Part shown: piece after piece, positions 37,271-49,000 of the stretch | Layout: the number at the start of each line of letters is the position of its first letter | Numbering within the stretch: position 1 is the first letter of the stretch | Source of the DNA: Macrostomum lignano | Taxonomy: Eukaryota | Assembly (NCBI GenBank): GCA_002269645.1 | Contig: NIVC01001515.1 | Span: forward strand, 1-64,000 | Direction of reading: 5' to 3' | Length of the DNA: 64,000 bases | Notes under the pieces: generated by a model | The model's database searches: none | Told to the model about the DNA's origin: nothing | The model's input: only the letters and a program-made list of their open reading frames with translations | Made by a program: the position numbers and the translations under genes

Positions 37271-37964
37271 CCCATCTAGTTAACAAAGCCGATCTAATAA
37301 ACATGCTCCTTCAAATTACTAATAGTAGCAGTTTGCGACTAGCTTTCATGATAAAAAATAAGAAAAATTCAAACTACTGAAAGCCTATCAAAGCTTTTTC
37401 ATTTTTACAATAAGTTTTCATTCGATTCGTACACAGTATTTCTATAATCCGCCCTCGTCGGAAGTGACTGATCTGCTTTGTAAGTCAGTTGTAATATTCT
37501 TCATTCAGCCCAATTGATTATGATAAATGAGAATAGATTTGCTCATATTTGACCGACTAAAGTTGCCAAAGTTAATGAGCCAACCAAATTCTGCATTCGC
37601 GCACAAGTTTTTGTCTCTATGGGCCTCGCTGACCTCTGTTTGATGCGGCTATGATTTTTAAATTGATGTGGCGCTTAACTGTCCATTCAGTTTATCGCTT
37701 TTTTGTGTGTTATCTTTATTGGTTAGTTGATTATCCCTGTGTTTATCAAATTTCGATTATTACAATGTTTGCGCGTATGATTTGGAATCGGAGGTTTCTG
37801 GAACAATGCCTAGCTGGTTTAGTCAGTAGTCAGCTGTGTTAGGTTAGGGGGGTGGGGAATCTGAATGGTGCGCTGGGCTTGTGCGAAATTTAAAATGTGT
37901 TGTCATTTTTAGCAGCGAACATGTGATTGGAGTTCTAGTGATATTATGCCTATCAGATGATTCA

Positions 37965-39060
37965 TAACGGGTAATTTCTAATCGGTTAATTTCTAGTAAT
38001 GTGATATTCCATCGGGTGATTTTTAATCGGGTAATTTCCAGTCACGTGATATCCCATAGGGTGATTTCTAATCGGGTAATTTCCAGTCACGTGATATCCC
38101 ATAGGGTGATTTCTAATCGGGTAATTTCCAGTCACGTGATATCCCATAGGGTGATTTCTAATCGGGTAATTTCTAGTAATGTGATATTCCATCGGGTGAT
38201 TTTTAATCGGGTAATTTCTAGTAATGTGATATTCCATCGGGTGATTTTTAATCGGGTAATTTCCAGTCACGTGATATCCCATAGGGTGATTTTTAATCGG
38301 GTAATTTCCAGTCACGTGATATCCCATAGGGTGATTTCTAATCGGGTAATTTCTAGTAATGTGATATCCCATCGGGTGATTTCTAATCGGGTAATTTCTA
38401 GTAATGTGATATCCCATAGGGTGATTTTTAATCGGGTAATTTCCAGTCACGTGATATCCCATAGGGTGATTTCTAATCGGGTAATTTCTAGTAATGTGAT
38501 ATCCCATAGGGTGATTTTTAATCGGGTAATTTCCAGTCACGTGATATCCCATAGGGTGATTTCTAATCGGTTAATTTCCAGTCACGTGACTTAATTGGGT
38601 AATTTCCAGTCACGTGACTTCTAATTGGGTAATTTCCAATCATGTGACTTCTAATTGGGTAATTTCCAGTCACGTAACTTTTAATTGGTAATTTTCAGTC
38701 ACGTGATTTCCAATTGGGTAATTTCCAGTCACGTGAATTTTAATTGGTAATTTTCAGTCACGTGATTTCCAATCGGGTAATTTCCAGTTACGTGATTTCT
38801 AATCGGGTAATCTCCAGTCACGTGACTTCCAATCGGGTAATTTCCAGTCACATGATTTCCAATCGGGTAATTTCCAGTCATGTGATTTCCAATCGGGTAA
38901 TTTCCAGTCATGTGATTTCCAATCGGGTAATTTCCAGTCATGTGATTTCCAATCGGGTAATTTCCAGTCATGTGATTTCCAATCGGGTAATTTTCAGTCA
39001 CGAGATTTCTTATCCGAAAAATTTCCAGTCACGTGACTTCCAATCGGGTAAGTCACGGGA
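37965..39060. repeat. Composite minisatellite: 45-bp units grading into 30-bp units, built on a 15-bp subunit, rich in GTCACGTGA
   Basis: Period 45 at 38041/38086/38131 and period 30 after ~38590. Confidence 0.9.
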
Positions 39061-40065
39061 TATCCGATCGGGGGATTTCCAGTCACGTGATATCATCATC
39101 GGGTGATTTCCAGTTGCATGATTTTCAGTCACGTGGTATCCAATTTTTTCCATTTCGAGTCTCGTGGTTTCCAATCTCGTTACATTTCGTGATTTCTATT
39201 CGTGCGGTGTCCAATCACGTGACTGGATCCAGTTTTAGCGTCCCGAGAACAGAGCTCCACTCTAATTAAGTTATTAAGCACTCGCTAACGATAGTAAGGT
39301 TATTTAATTGCTGTATTAATAACTTTATTCAATATCTACAATTCCCTACGGTTAATTAATGACAAGCAGACTAATATGCAATCTGATTTCATCTCCCAAA
39401 TGTCATTCGCTTCTTGGTATGGCCAGACTGTCCACTTTGCTCAGTCAATATAACTTAATTAGACATCATTGTTGATAATTGATTTTATCCATACACAGAG
39501 TATCGTATGAGATCGATATTTAGGCCTGATCTGACGAGTTAACAAGATTTTTTAAATACTTGAATAACTATATTGTCTTGCAAAGAATGACTTACAGTTG
39601 ATGATTTTGTCTTGGTAAATATAATTCTAATTGATGTGGGTGGTTTACCTTTTTCTGCCTCGAACATAGACTGGCTAAAGTGTCGTGTTACTGATAGCTT
39701 TACTATCTTCCAAGTGCGTTTTCGGCTCCTAGTGATAAACTATAAACCATGAGTAAATCTTGTCTTGGCCACTTTCACACGCCAGGCATGCACAGCTGAA
39801 GCAATTGCTACCAGCTTGATTATCTTATACAATCTGCAAGCCTGTGGGCTGACTTGAAAGTTCTCTTTCTGACGCTTGCACACCTGCGCATCTGTTTGGT
39901 TGCGTAAGTCAGCTGACCATGCTGTTGGTACAGTATCGGGTGCAGAAAATGTTTGTTAAAACACAAGCTTAAATTCTGATAGAAACGTTATTTATTACCC
40001 GTATCTTCTAGCCGTGAGCGTTTGGGCCTAAAGTCTTCGTAGTTATTCTGTTAAGCGCTATTGTG

Positions 40066-43000
40066 ATGCATCCGAGATCTTGGTCGCAGGTTTGCATTTC
40101 TCTTAACTGTTTAATTGCCAATGCACAAGTGCTAGCAGTTATTGGCATCCAGCTGGTGCAGCTATTCAACGGTAGGTTGCATTTCTTGATCCATAATAGG
40201 GATCGCTAGTTATATGTATTATAAATAGCTAGAAATGGACTAAATGTACTTTTGTACCATTTTATTTGGCTCTGTGTTGGTGACATGCAGCACAAATTAA
40301 GTGGCAATATATCTCATCTTTGATTAGAAGTTGATCGATGTTGGTGCGAGCTCCACATGTCCTGGCCTACAAATCTCCCTCTGAACACAAGCTTAACTCC
40401 GTACTGTATCCATATCCAGTGATTCATGGGTGGCTACTTCACCCTCAAAAGCGTAAAATCAATAATATCTTAAAATTGTCTTATCTAAATATATACGGCA
40501 GCATATATACGAGTATTACATTTCTTCTCTGCGCCATCAATATCCTGCACAGGCGCCGGTGCCAGTCACTCAAATCTGAACATGATCGAAGCCTGGCAGT
40601 CGTCCACATTTGAGGAGCGATGCTACAGCGCCTCGGCTCGAGCCGTGGCCGACACGACCGCCGTGTCGTTCCGTTCGGGCAACGCGCCGGACGAATTCGG
40701 GTACCAATGGCTGCTGCTCCGTCTGTCCAGAGCTGTTCATCTTCAGTCCGTGACGGTTCACGCCCAGCCTGACGGTTTGTTCTGGGTCAGGGGTTGGTTG
40801 TCAGGGTGGTGTTGGGTCAGGGTAGTATATATAGTGTCAAGTCAGATTAGCCTGGAAATCCAATGTTTTTCTCTCCGGTCTGCTGCTATAATTTCGCTCC
40901 AATCTCATATCCCCTAACAAGCAGCTCCGGTGAGAGCAAGCAACTTGGAGGTGCTAATCAGCGATGAGCAGTCGGAATCAATCCAGTTAAAGCCGTGTCA
41001 GGCTCCTGCAAAGCCACTGTGGCTGTGGACAAATTTTCTACTTGCGGCCGTACCGCCGCTGCCCGGCCTTCTGGACCGCTGCGCCAGCAGGTGAAGTGCG
41101 GACTCGTGTGCGGCCCGGTGTGCCCAAAGGTCAGCTGCTGTCCATGGAATTGAGCCTTCGTGCTATTAGCAAAAAAATTCACTTCCTAATATTGGGAAAA
41201 TTCTCCCTTTTCTGAACTAATCTCACGCGCCACTTTAGTTTTGGGAGTTCACGCTCGGAATGCTGACTTAGCGTTTGTGTGATATACACTCAAGAGGACC
41301 AATCCCGATCCCATTCCACAGGTCCCATCCCGGTCCCATTCCACAGGTCCCATCCCGGTCCCATTCCACAGGTCCCATCCCGATCCCATTCCACAGGTCC
41401 CTCCGATCCCATTCCACAGGTTCCATCTCCAGGTCCCATTCCACAGGTCCCATCCGGTCCCATTCCACAGGTCCCCTCCGGTCCATTCCAAGGTCCCATC
41501 CCGTCCCATTCACAGGTCCCATCCGATCCCATTCCACAGGTCCCATCCCGATCCCATTCCACAGGGTCCATCTCCGTCCCATTCCACAGGTCCCATCCCG
41601 ATCCCATTCCACAGGGTTCCATCTCCAGCCCGTCCCATTCCACAGGTCCCTCCGGTCCATTCCACAGGTTCCCATCCCGGTCCCATTCCACAGGTCCAAT
41701 CCCGGTCCCATTCCACAGGTCCCATCCCGATCCCATTCCACAGGTTCCCATCCGATCCCATTCCACAGGTCCATCTCCGGTCCCATTCCACAGGTCCCCT
41801 CCCGGTCCCATTCCACAGGTCCCTCCCGGTCCCATTCCACAGGTCCATCCCGATCCCATTCCACAGGTCCCATCCCGATCCCATTCCACAGGTCCCATCC
41901 CGATCCCATTCCACAGGGTTCCATCTCCAGGTCCCATTCCACAGGTCCATCCCGATCCATTCCACAGGGTTCCATCTCCAGGTCCCATTCCACAGGGTCC
42001 CCTCCCGGTCCATTCCACAGGTCCCATCCCGATCCCATTCCATAGGTCCCATCCCGATCCCATTCCACAGGTCCCATTTCGATCCCATTCCACAGGGTTC
42101 CATCTCCAGGTCCATTCCACAGGTCCCATCCCGATCCCATTCCACAGGGTTCCATCTCCAGGTCCCCACCACAGGTCCCATCCCGATCCCATTCCACAGG
42201 GTTCCATCTCCAGGTCCCATTCCACAGGTCCCATCCCGGTCCCATTCCACAGGTCCCATCCCGATCCCATTCCACAGCGTCCCTCCCGATCCCATTTCCA
42301 CAGGGTTCCATCTCCCAGGTCCCATTCCACAGGTTCCCCTCCCGGTCCCATTCCACAGGTCCCCTCCCGGTCCCATTCCACAGGTCCCATCCCGATCCCA
42401 TTCCACAGGTCCCATCCCGATCCCATTCCACAGGTCCCATCCCGATCCCATTCCACAGGGTTCCATCTCCAGGTCCCATTCCACAGGTCCCATCCCGATC
42501 CCATTCCACAGGGTTCCATCTCCAGGTCCCATTCCACAGGTCCCCTCCCGGTCCCATTCCACAGGTCCCATCCCGGTCCCATTCCACAGGTCCCATCCCG
42601 GTCCCATTCCACAGGTCCCATCCCGATCCCATTCCACAGGTCCCATCCCGATCCCATTCCACAGGGTTCCATCTCCAGGTCCCATTCCACAGGTCCCCTC
42701 CCGGTCCCATTCCACAGGTCCCCTCCCGGTCCCATTCCACAGGTCCCATCCCGATCCCATTCCACAGGTCCCATCCCGATCCCATTCCACAGGTCCCATC
42801 CCGATCCCATTCCACAGGGTTCCATCTCCAGGTCCCATTCCACAGGTCCCATCCCGATCCCATTCCACAGGGTTCCATCTCCAGGTCCCATTCCACAGGT
42901 CCCCTCCCGGTCCTTTTCCACAGGTCCCATCCCGATCCCATTCCATAGGTCCCATCCCGATCCCATTCCACAGGTCCCATTTCGATCCCATTCCACAGGG

Positions 43001-46000
43001 TTCCATCTCCAGGTCCCATTCCACAGGTCCCATCCCGATCCCATTCCACAGGGTTCCATCTCCAGGTCCCATTCCACAGGTCCCATCCCGATCCCATTCC
43101 ACAGGGTTCCATCTCCAGGTCCCATTCCACAGGTCCCATCCCGATCCCATTCCACAGGGTTCCATCTCCAGGTCCCATTCCACAGGTCCCATCCCGGTCC
43201 CATTCCACAGGTCCCATCCCGATCCCATTCCACAGGTCCCATCCCGATCCCATTCCACAGGTCCCATCCCGATCCCATTCCACAGGTCCCATCCCGATCC
43301 CATTCCACAGGGTTCCATCTCCAGGTCCCATTCCACAGGTCCCATCCCGATCCCATTCCACAGGTCCCATCCCGATCCCATTCCACAGGGTTCCATCTCC
43401 AGGTCCCATTCCACAGGTCCCATCCCGATCCCATTCCACAGGGTTCCATCTCCAGGTCCCATTCCACAGGTCCCATCCCGATCCCATTCCACAGGGTTCC
43501 ATCTCCAGGTCCCATTCCACAGGTCCCCTCCCGGTCCCATTCCACAGGTCCCATCCCGGTCCCATTCCACAGGTCCCATCCCGGTCCCATTCCACAGGTC
43601 CCATCCCGATCCCATTCCACAGGTCCCATCCCGATCCCATTCCACAGGTCCCATCCCGATCCCATTCCACAGGGTTCCATCTCCAGGTCCCATTCCACAG
43701 GTCCCCTCCCGGTCCATCCCCGTCCCATCCCGATCCCATTCCACAGATCCCATATTTATTTTTTTTAGTTATCAATAAATATTGGGAGCTTTGGCGCCAA
43801 AATGAAGTTTTCGTGTCTCTATTAAATTAACTTCAGAACTATCAATCTAAATGCGTAACCTTGAATTAAATCAATATTTGCAGCCGACTCGCTTTATTCT
43901 TCTGAGAAGATTTGTGCAGAATGAAACTGATAAGCGGCTGGAGTTCGCTGGATTACAAATCAATTTTGGTAAGCCAGTTACCAGTGATTGCAAAGAGGTC
44001 ATGTCATCGCGTGACAACTTTCCCTTGTATCCACCAGAGGGAATGGCACCGAGTGAGAGAAGAGGGAATGGCACCGAGTGAGAGAAGAGGGAATGGCACC
44101 GAGTGAGAGAAGAGGGAATGGCACCGAGTGAGAGAAGAGGGAATGGCACCGAGTGAGAGAAGAGGGAATGGCACCGAGTGAGAGAAGAGGGAATGGCACC
44201 GAGTGAGAGAGTGGAATGGCCAGGGGACCGAAGTGATAATTGAAAACATATTAAGTAATGGGCGAGTAAAGAATTCAAAAGAATATGATGATGAGTCCGC
44301 TAATCAACTGCGCTGTGTGCGCGCTCTCTCTCTCTCAGATGATGCAGCTGTTCAGCTGGTCAGCCGCAGCAGCCAGTCGGTCTGTTCAGCGGTCGGCCTG
44401 GACCGCCTTCGGCCTGGCACCATGCTGGTGGCCTGCCTGCCCTGCCAGACTCAGAAGACTCCGCTGTGCAGCCTCCAACCACTCGTGGGCAATTTCAAGT
44501 TTGTGAGTTGCAGTAAATTAATAACGGTTTAAGATACTCTTGTTAGTAAGGACAAGCTCACAATTCGTTGCATACTTGCCAGCAAAAGGGGCGAAACATT
44601 TATTAGTTTCTTATGAGAGCCAGATGTTTTCTGCCGAATGTTTGTTTGCAGGATGTTTGCTTGCAGGATGTTTTCTGCCGAATGTTTGTTTGCAGGATGT
44701 TTGCTTGCAGGATGTTTTCTGCCGAATGTTTGTTTGCAGGATGTTTGCTTGCAGGATGTTTTCTGCCGAATGTTTGTTTGCAGGATGTTTGTTTGCAGGA
44801 CGTTTGTTTGCAGAATGTTTGCTTGCAGGATGTTTGTTTGCAGGATGTTTGCTTGCAGGATGTTTGCTTGCAGGATGTTTGGTTGCAGGATGCTTGTTTG
44901 CAGGATGTTTGCTTGCAGGATATTTGCTTGCAGGATGTTTGCTTGCAGGATGTTTTCTGCCGAATGTTTGTTTGCAGGATGTTTGTTTGCAGGACGTTTG
45001 TTTGCAGAATGTTTGCTTGCAGGATGTTTGCTTGCAGGATGTTTGCTTGCAGGATGTTTGCTTTCAGGATGTTTGTTTGCAGGATGTTTGCTTGCGTTTG
45101 CTTGCAGGATGTTTGTTTGCAGTATGTTTGCTTGCAGGATGTTTGCTTGCAGGATGTTTGCTTGCAGGATGTTTGCTTTCAGGATGTTTGTTTGCAGAAT
45201 GTTTGCTTGCAGGATGCTTGTTTGCAGGATGTTTGTTTGCAGGATGTTTGCTTGCAGGATGTTTGGTTGCAGGATGCTTGTTTGCAGGATGTTTGCTTGC
45301 AGGATATTTGCTTGCAGGATGTTTGCTTGCAGGATGTTTGCTTGCAGGATGTTTGTTTGCAGGATGTTTGCTTGCAGGATGTTTTTTTGCAGAATGTTTG
45401 TTTGCAGGATGTTTGTTTGCAGGATGTTTGCTTAAAGGATGTTTGTTTGCAGGATGTTTGTTTGCAGGATGTTTGCTTGCAGGATGTTTGCTTGCAGGAT
45501 GTTTGGTTGCAGGATGCTTGTTTGCAGGATGTTTGCTTGCAGGATGTTTGCTTGCAGGATGTTTGGTTGCAGGATGCTTGTTTGCAGGATGTTTGCTTGC
45601 AGGATATTTGCTTGCAGGATGTTTGCTTGCAGGATGTTTGCTTGCAGGATGTTTGTTTGCAGGATGTTTGCTTGCAGGATGTTTTTTTGCAGAATGTTTG
45701 TTTGCAGGATGTTTGTTTGCAGGATGTTTGCTTAAAGGATGTTTGTTTGCAGGATGTTTGTTTGCAGGATGTTTGCTTGCAGGATGTTTGTTTGCAGTAT
45801 GTTTGGTTGCAGGATGCTTGTTTGCAGGATGTTTGCTTGCAGGATATTTGCTTGCAGGATGTTTGCTTGCAGGATGTTTGCTTGCAGGATGTTTGTTTGC
45901 AGTATGTTTGCTTGCAGGATGTTTGCTTGCAGGATGTTTGCTTGCAGGATGTTTGCTTTCAGGATGTTTGTTTGCAGAATGTTTGCTTGCAGGATGCTTG

Positions 46001-49000
46001 TTTGCAGGATGTTTGTTTGCAGGATGTTTGCTTGCAGGATGTTTGGTTGCAGGATGCTTGTTTGCAGGATGTTTGCTTGCAGGATATTTGCTTGCAGGAT
46101 GTTTGCTTGCAGGATGTTTGCTTGCAGGATGTTTGTTTGCAGGATGTTTGCTTGCAGGATGTTTTTTTGCAGAATGTTTGTTTGCAGGATGTTTGTTTGC
46201 AGGATGTTTGCTTAAAGGATGTTTGTTTGCAGGATGTTTGTTTGCAGGATGTTTGCTTGCAGGATGTTTGCTTGCAGGATGTTTGGTTGCAGGATGCTTG
46301 TTTGCAGGATGTTTGCTTGCAGGATGTTTGCTTGCAGGATGTTTGGTTGCAGGATGCTTGTTTGCAGGATGTTTGCTTGCAGGATATTTGCTTGCAGGAT
46401 GTTTGCTTGCAGGATGTTTGCTTGCAGGATGTTTGTTTGCAGGATGTTTGCTTGCAGGATGTTTTTTTGCAGAATGTTTGTTTGCAGGATGTTTGTTTGC
46501 AGGATGTTTGCTTAAAGGATGTTTGTTTGCAGGATGCTTGTTTGCAGGATGTTTGCTTGCAGGATATTTGCTTGCAGGATGTTTGCTTGCAGGATGTTTG
46601 CTTGCAGGATGTTTGTTTGCAGGATGTTTGCTTGCAGGATGTTTTTTTGCAGAATGTTTGTTTGCAGGATGTTTGTTTGCAGGAGGTTTGCTTAAAGGAT
46701 GTTTGTTTGCAGGATGTTTGTTTGCAGGATGTTTGCTTGCAGGATGTTTGTTTGCAGGATGTTTGCTTGCAGGATGTTTGCTTGCAGGATGCTTGTTTGC
46801 AGGATGTTTGCTTGCAGGATGTTTGCTTGCAGGATGTTTTCTTGCAGGATGTTTTCTTGCAGGATGTTTGCTTGCAGGATGCTTGTTTGCAGGATGTTTG
46901 TTTGCAGGATGTTTGCTTGCAGGATGTTTGCTTGCAGGATGTTTGCTTGCAGGATGCTTGTTTGCAGGATGTTTGCTTGCAGGATGTTTGTTTGCAGGAT
47001 GTTTGGTTGCAGAATGCTTGTTTGCAGGATGTTTGCTTGCAGGATGTTTGCTTGCAGGATGTTTGGTTGCAGGATGCTTGTTTGCAGGATGTTTGCTTGC
47101 AGGATATTTGCTTGCAGGATGTTTGCTTGCAGGATGTTTGCTTGCAGGATGTTTGTTTGCAGGATGTTTGCTTGCAGGATGTTTTTTTGCAGAATGTTTG
47201 TTTGCAGGATGTTTGTTTGCAGGATGTTTGCTTAAAGGATGTTTGTTTGCAGGATGTTTGTTTGCAGGATGTTTGCTTGCAGGATTTTTGCTTGCAGGAT
47301 GTTTGCTTGCAGGATGCTTGTTTGCAGGATGTTTGCTTGCAGGATATTTGCTTGCAGGATGTTTGCTTGCAGGATGTTTGCTTGCAGGATGTTTGTTTGC
47401 AGGATGTTTGCTTGCAGGATGTTTTTTTGCAGAATGTTTGTTTGCAGGATGTTTGTTTGCAGGATGTTTGCTTAAAGGATGTTTGTTTGCAGGATGTTTG
47501 TTTGCAGGATGTTTGCTTGCAGGATGTTTGTTTGCAGGATGTTTGCTTGCAGGATGTTTGCTTGCAGGATGCTTGTTTGCAGGATGTTTGCTTGCAGGAT
47601 GTTTGCTTGCAGGATGTTTTCTTGCAGGATGTTTTCTTGCAGGATGTTTGCTTGCAGGATGCTTGTTTGCAGGATGTTTGTTTGCAGGATGTTTGCTTGC
47701 AGGATGTTTGCTTGCAGGATGTTTGCTTGCAGGATGCTTGTTTGCAGGATGTTTGCTTGCAGGATGTTTGTTTGCAGGATGTTTGCTTAAAGGATGTTTG
47801 TTTGCAGGATGTTTGTTTGCAGGATGTTTGCTTGCAGGATGTTTGTTTGCAGGATGTTTTCTTGCAGGATGTTTTCTTGCAGGATGTTTGCTTGCAGGAT
47901 GCTTGTTTGCAGGATGTTTGCTTGCAGGATGTTTGGTTGCAGGATGTTTGCTTGCAGGATGTTTGCTTGCAGGATGCTTGTTTGCAGGATGTTTGCTTGC
48001 AGGATGTTTGTTTGCAGTATGTTTGCTTGCAGGATGTTTGCTTGCAGGATGTTTTCTTGCAGGATGTTTGCTTGCAGAATGCTTGTTTGCAGGATGTTTG
48101 CTTGCAGGATGTTTGTTTGCAGGATGTTTGCTTGCAAGATGTTTTCTTGCAGGATGTTTTCTTGCAGGATGTTTGCTTGCAGGATGCTTGTTTGCAGGAT
48201 GTTTGCTTGCAGGATGTTTGCTTGCAGGATGCTTGTTTGGTGGAAGTTTGCTTGCAGGATGTTTGTTTGCAGGATGTTTGCTTGCAGGATGTTTGTTTGC
48301 AGGATGTTTGTTTGCAGGATGTTTGTTTGCAGGATGTTTGCTTGCAGGATGCTTGTTTGCAGGATGTTTGCTTGCAGGATGTTTGGTTGCAGGATGTTTG
48401 CTTGCAGGATGTTTGCTTGCAGGATGTTTGTTTGCAGGATGTTTGCTTGCAGGATGTTTGTTTGCAGGATGTTTGTTTGCAGGATGTTTGCTTGCAGGAT
48501 GTTTGCTTGCAGAATGTTTGCTTGCAGGATGTTTGCTTGCAGGATGTTTGCTTGAAGGATGTTTGTTTGCAGAATGTTTGTTTGCAGGATGTTTGCTTGC
48601 AGGATGTTTGGTTGCAGGATGTTTTCTTGCAGGATGTTTTCTTGCAGGATGTTTGCTTGCAGGATGCTTGTTTGCAGGATGTTTGCTTGCAGGATGTTTG
48701 GTTGCAGGATGTTTGCTTGCAGGATGTTTGCTTGCAGGATGCTTGTTTGCAGGATGTTTGCTTGCAGGATGTTTGTTTGCAGTATGTTTGCTTGCAGGAT
48801 GTTTGCTTGCAGGATGTTTTCTTGCAGGATGTTTGCTTGCAGAATGCTTGTTTGCAGGATGTTTGCTTGCAGGATATTTGCTTGCAGGATGTTTGCTTGC
48901 AGGATGTTTGCTTGCAGGATGTTTGTTTGCAGGATGTTTGCTTGCAGGATGTTTTTTTGCAGAATGTTTGTTTGCAGGATGTTTGTTTGCAGGATGTTTG

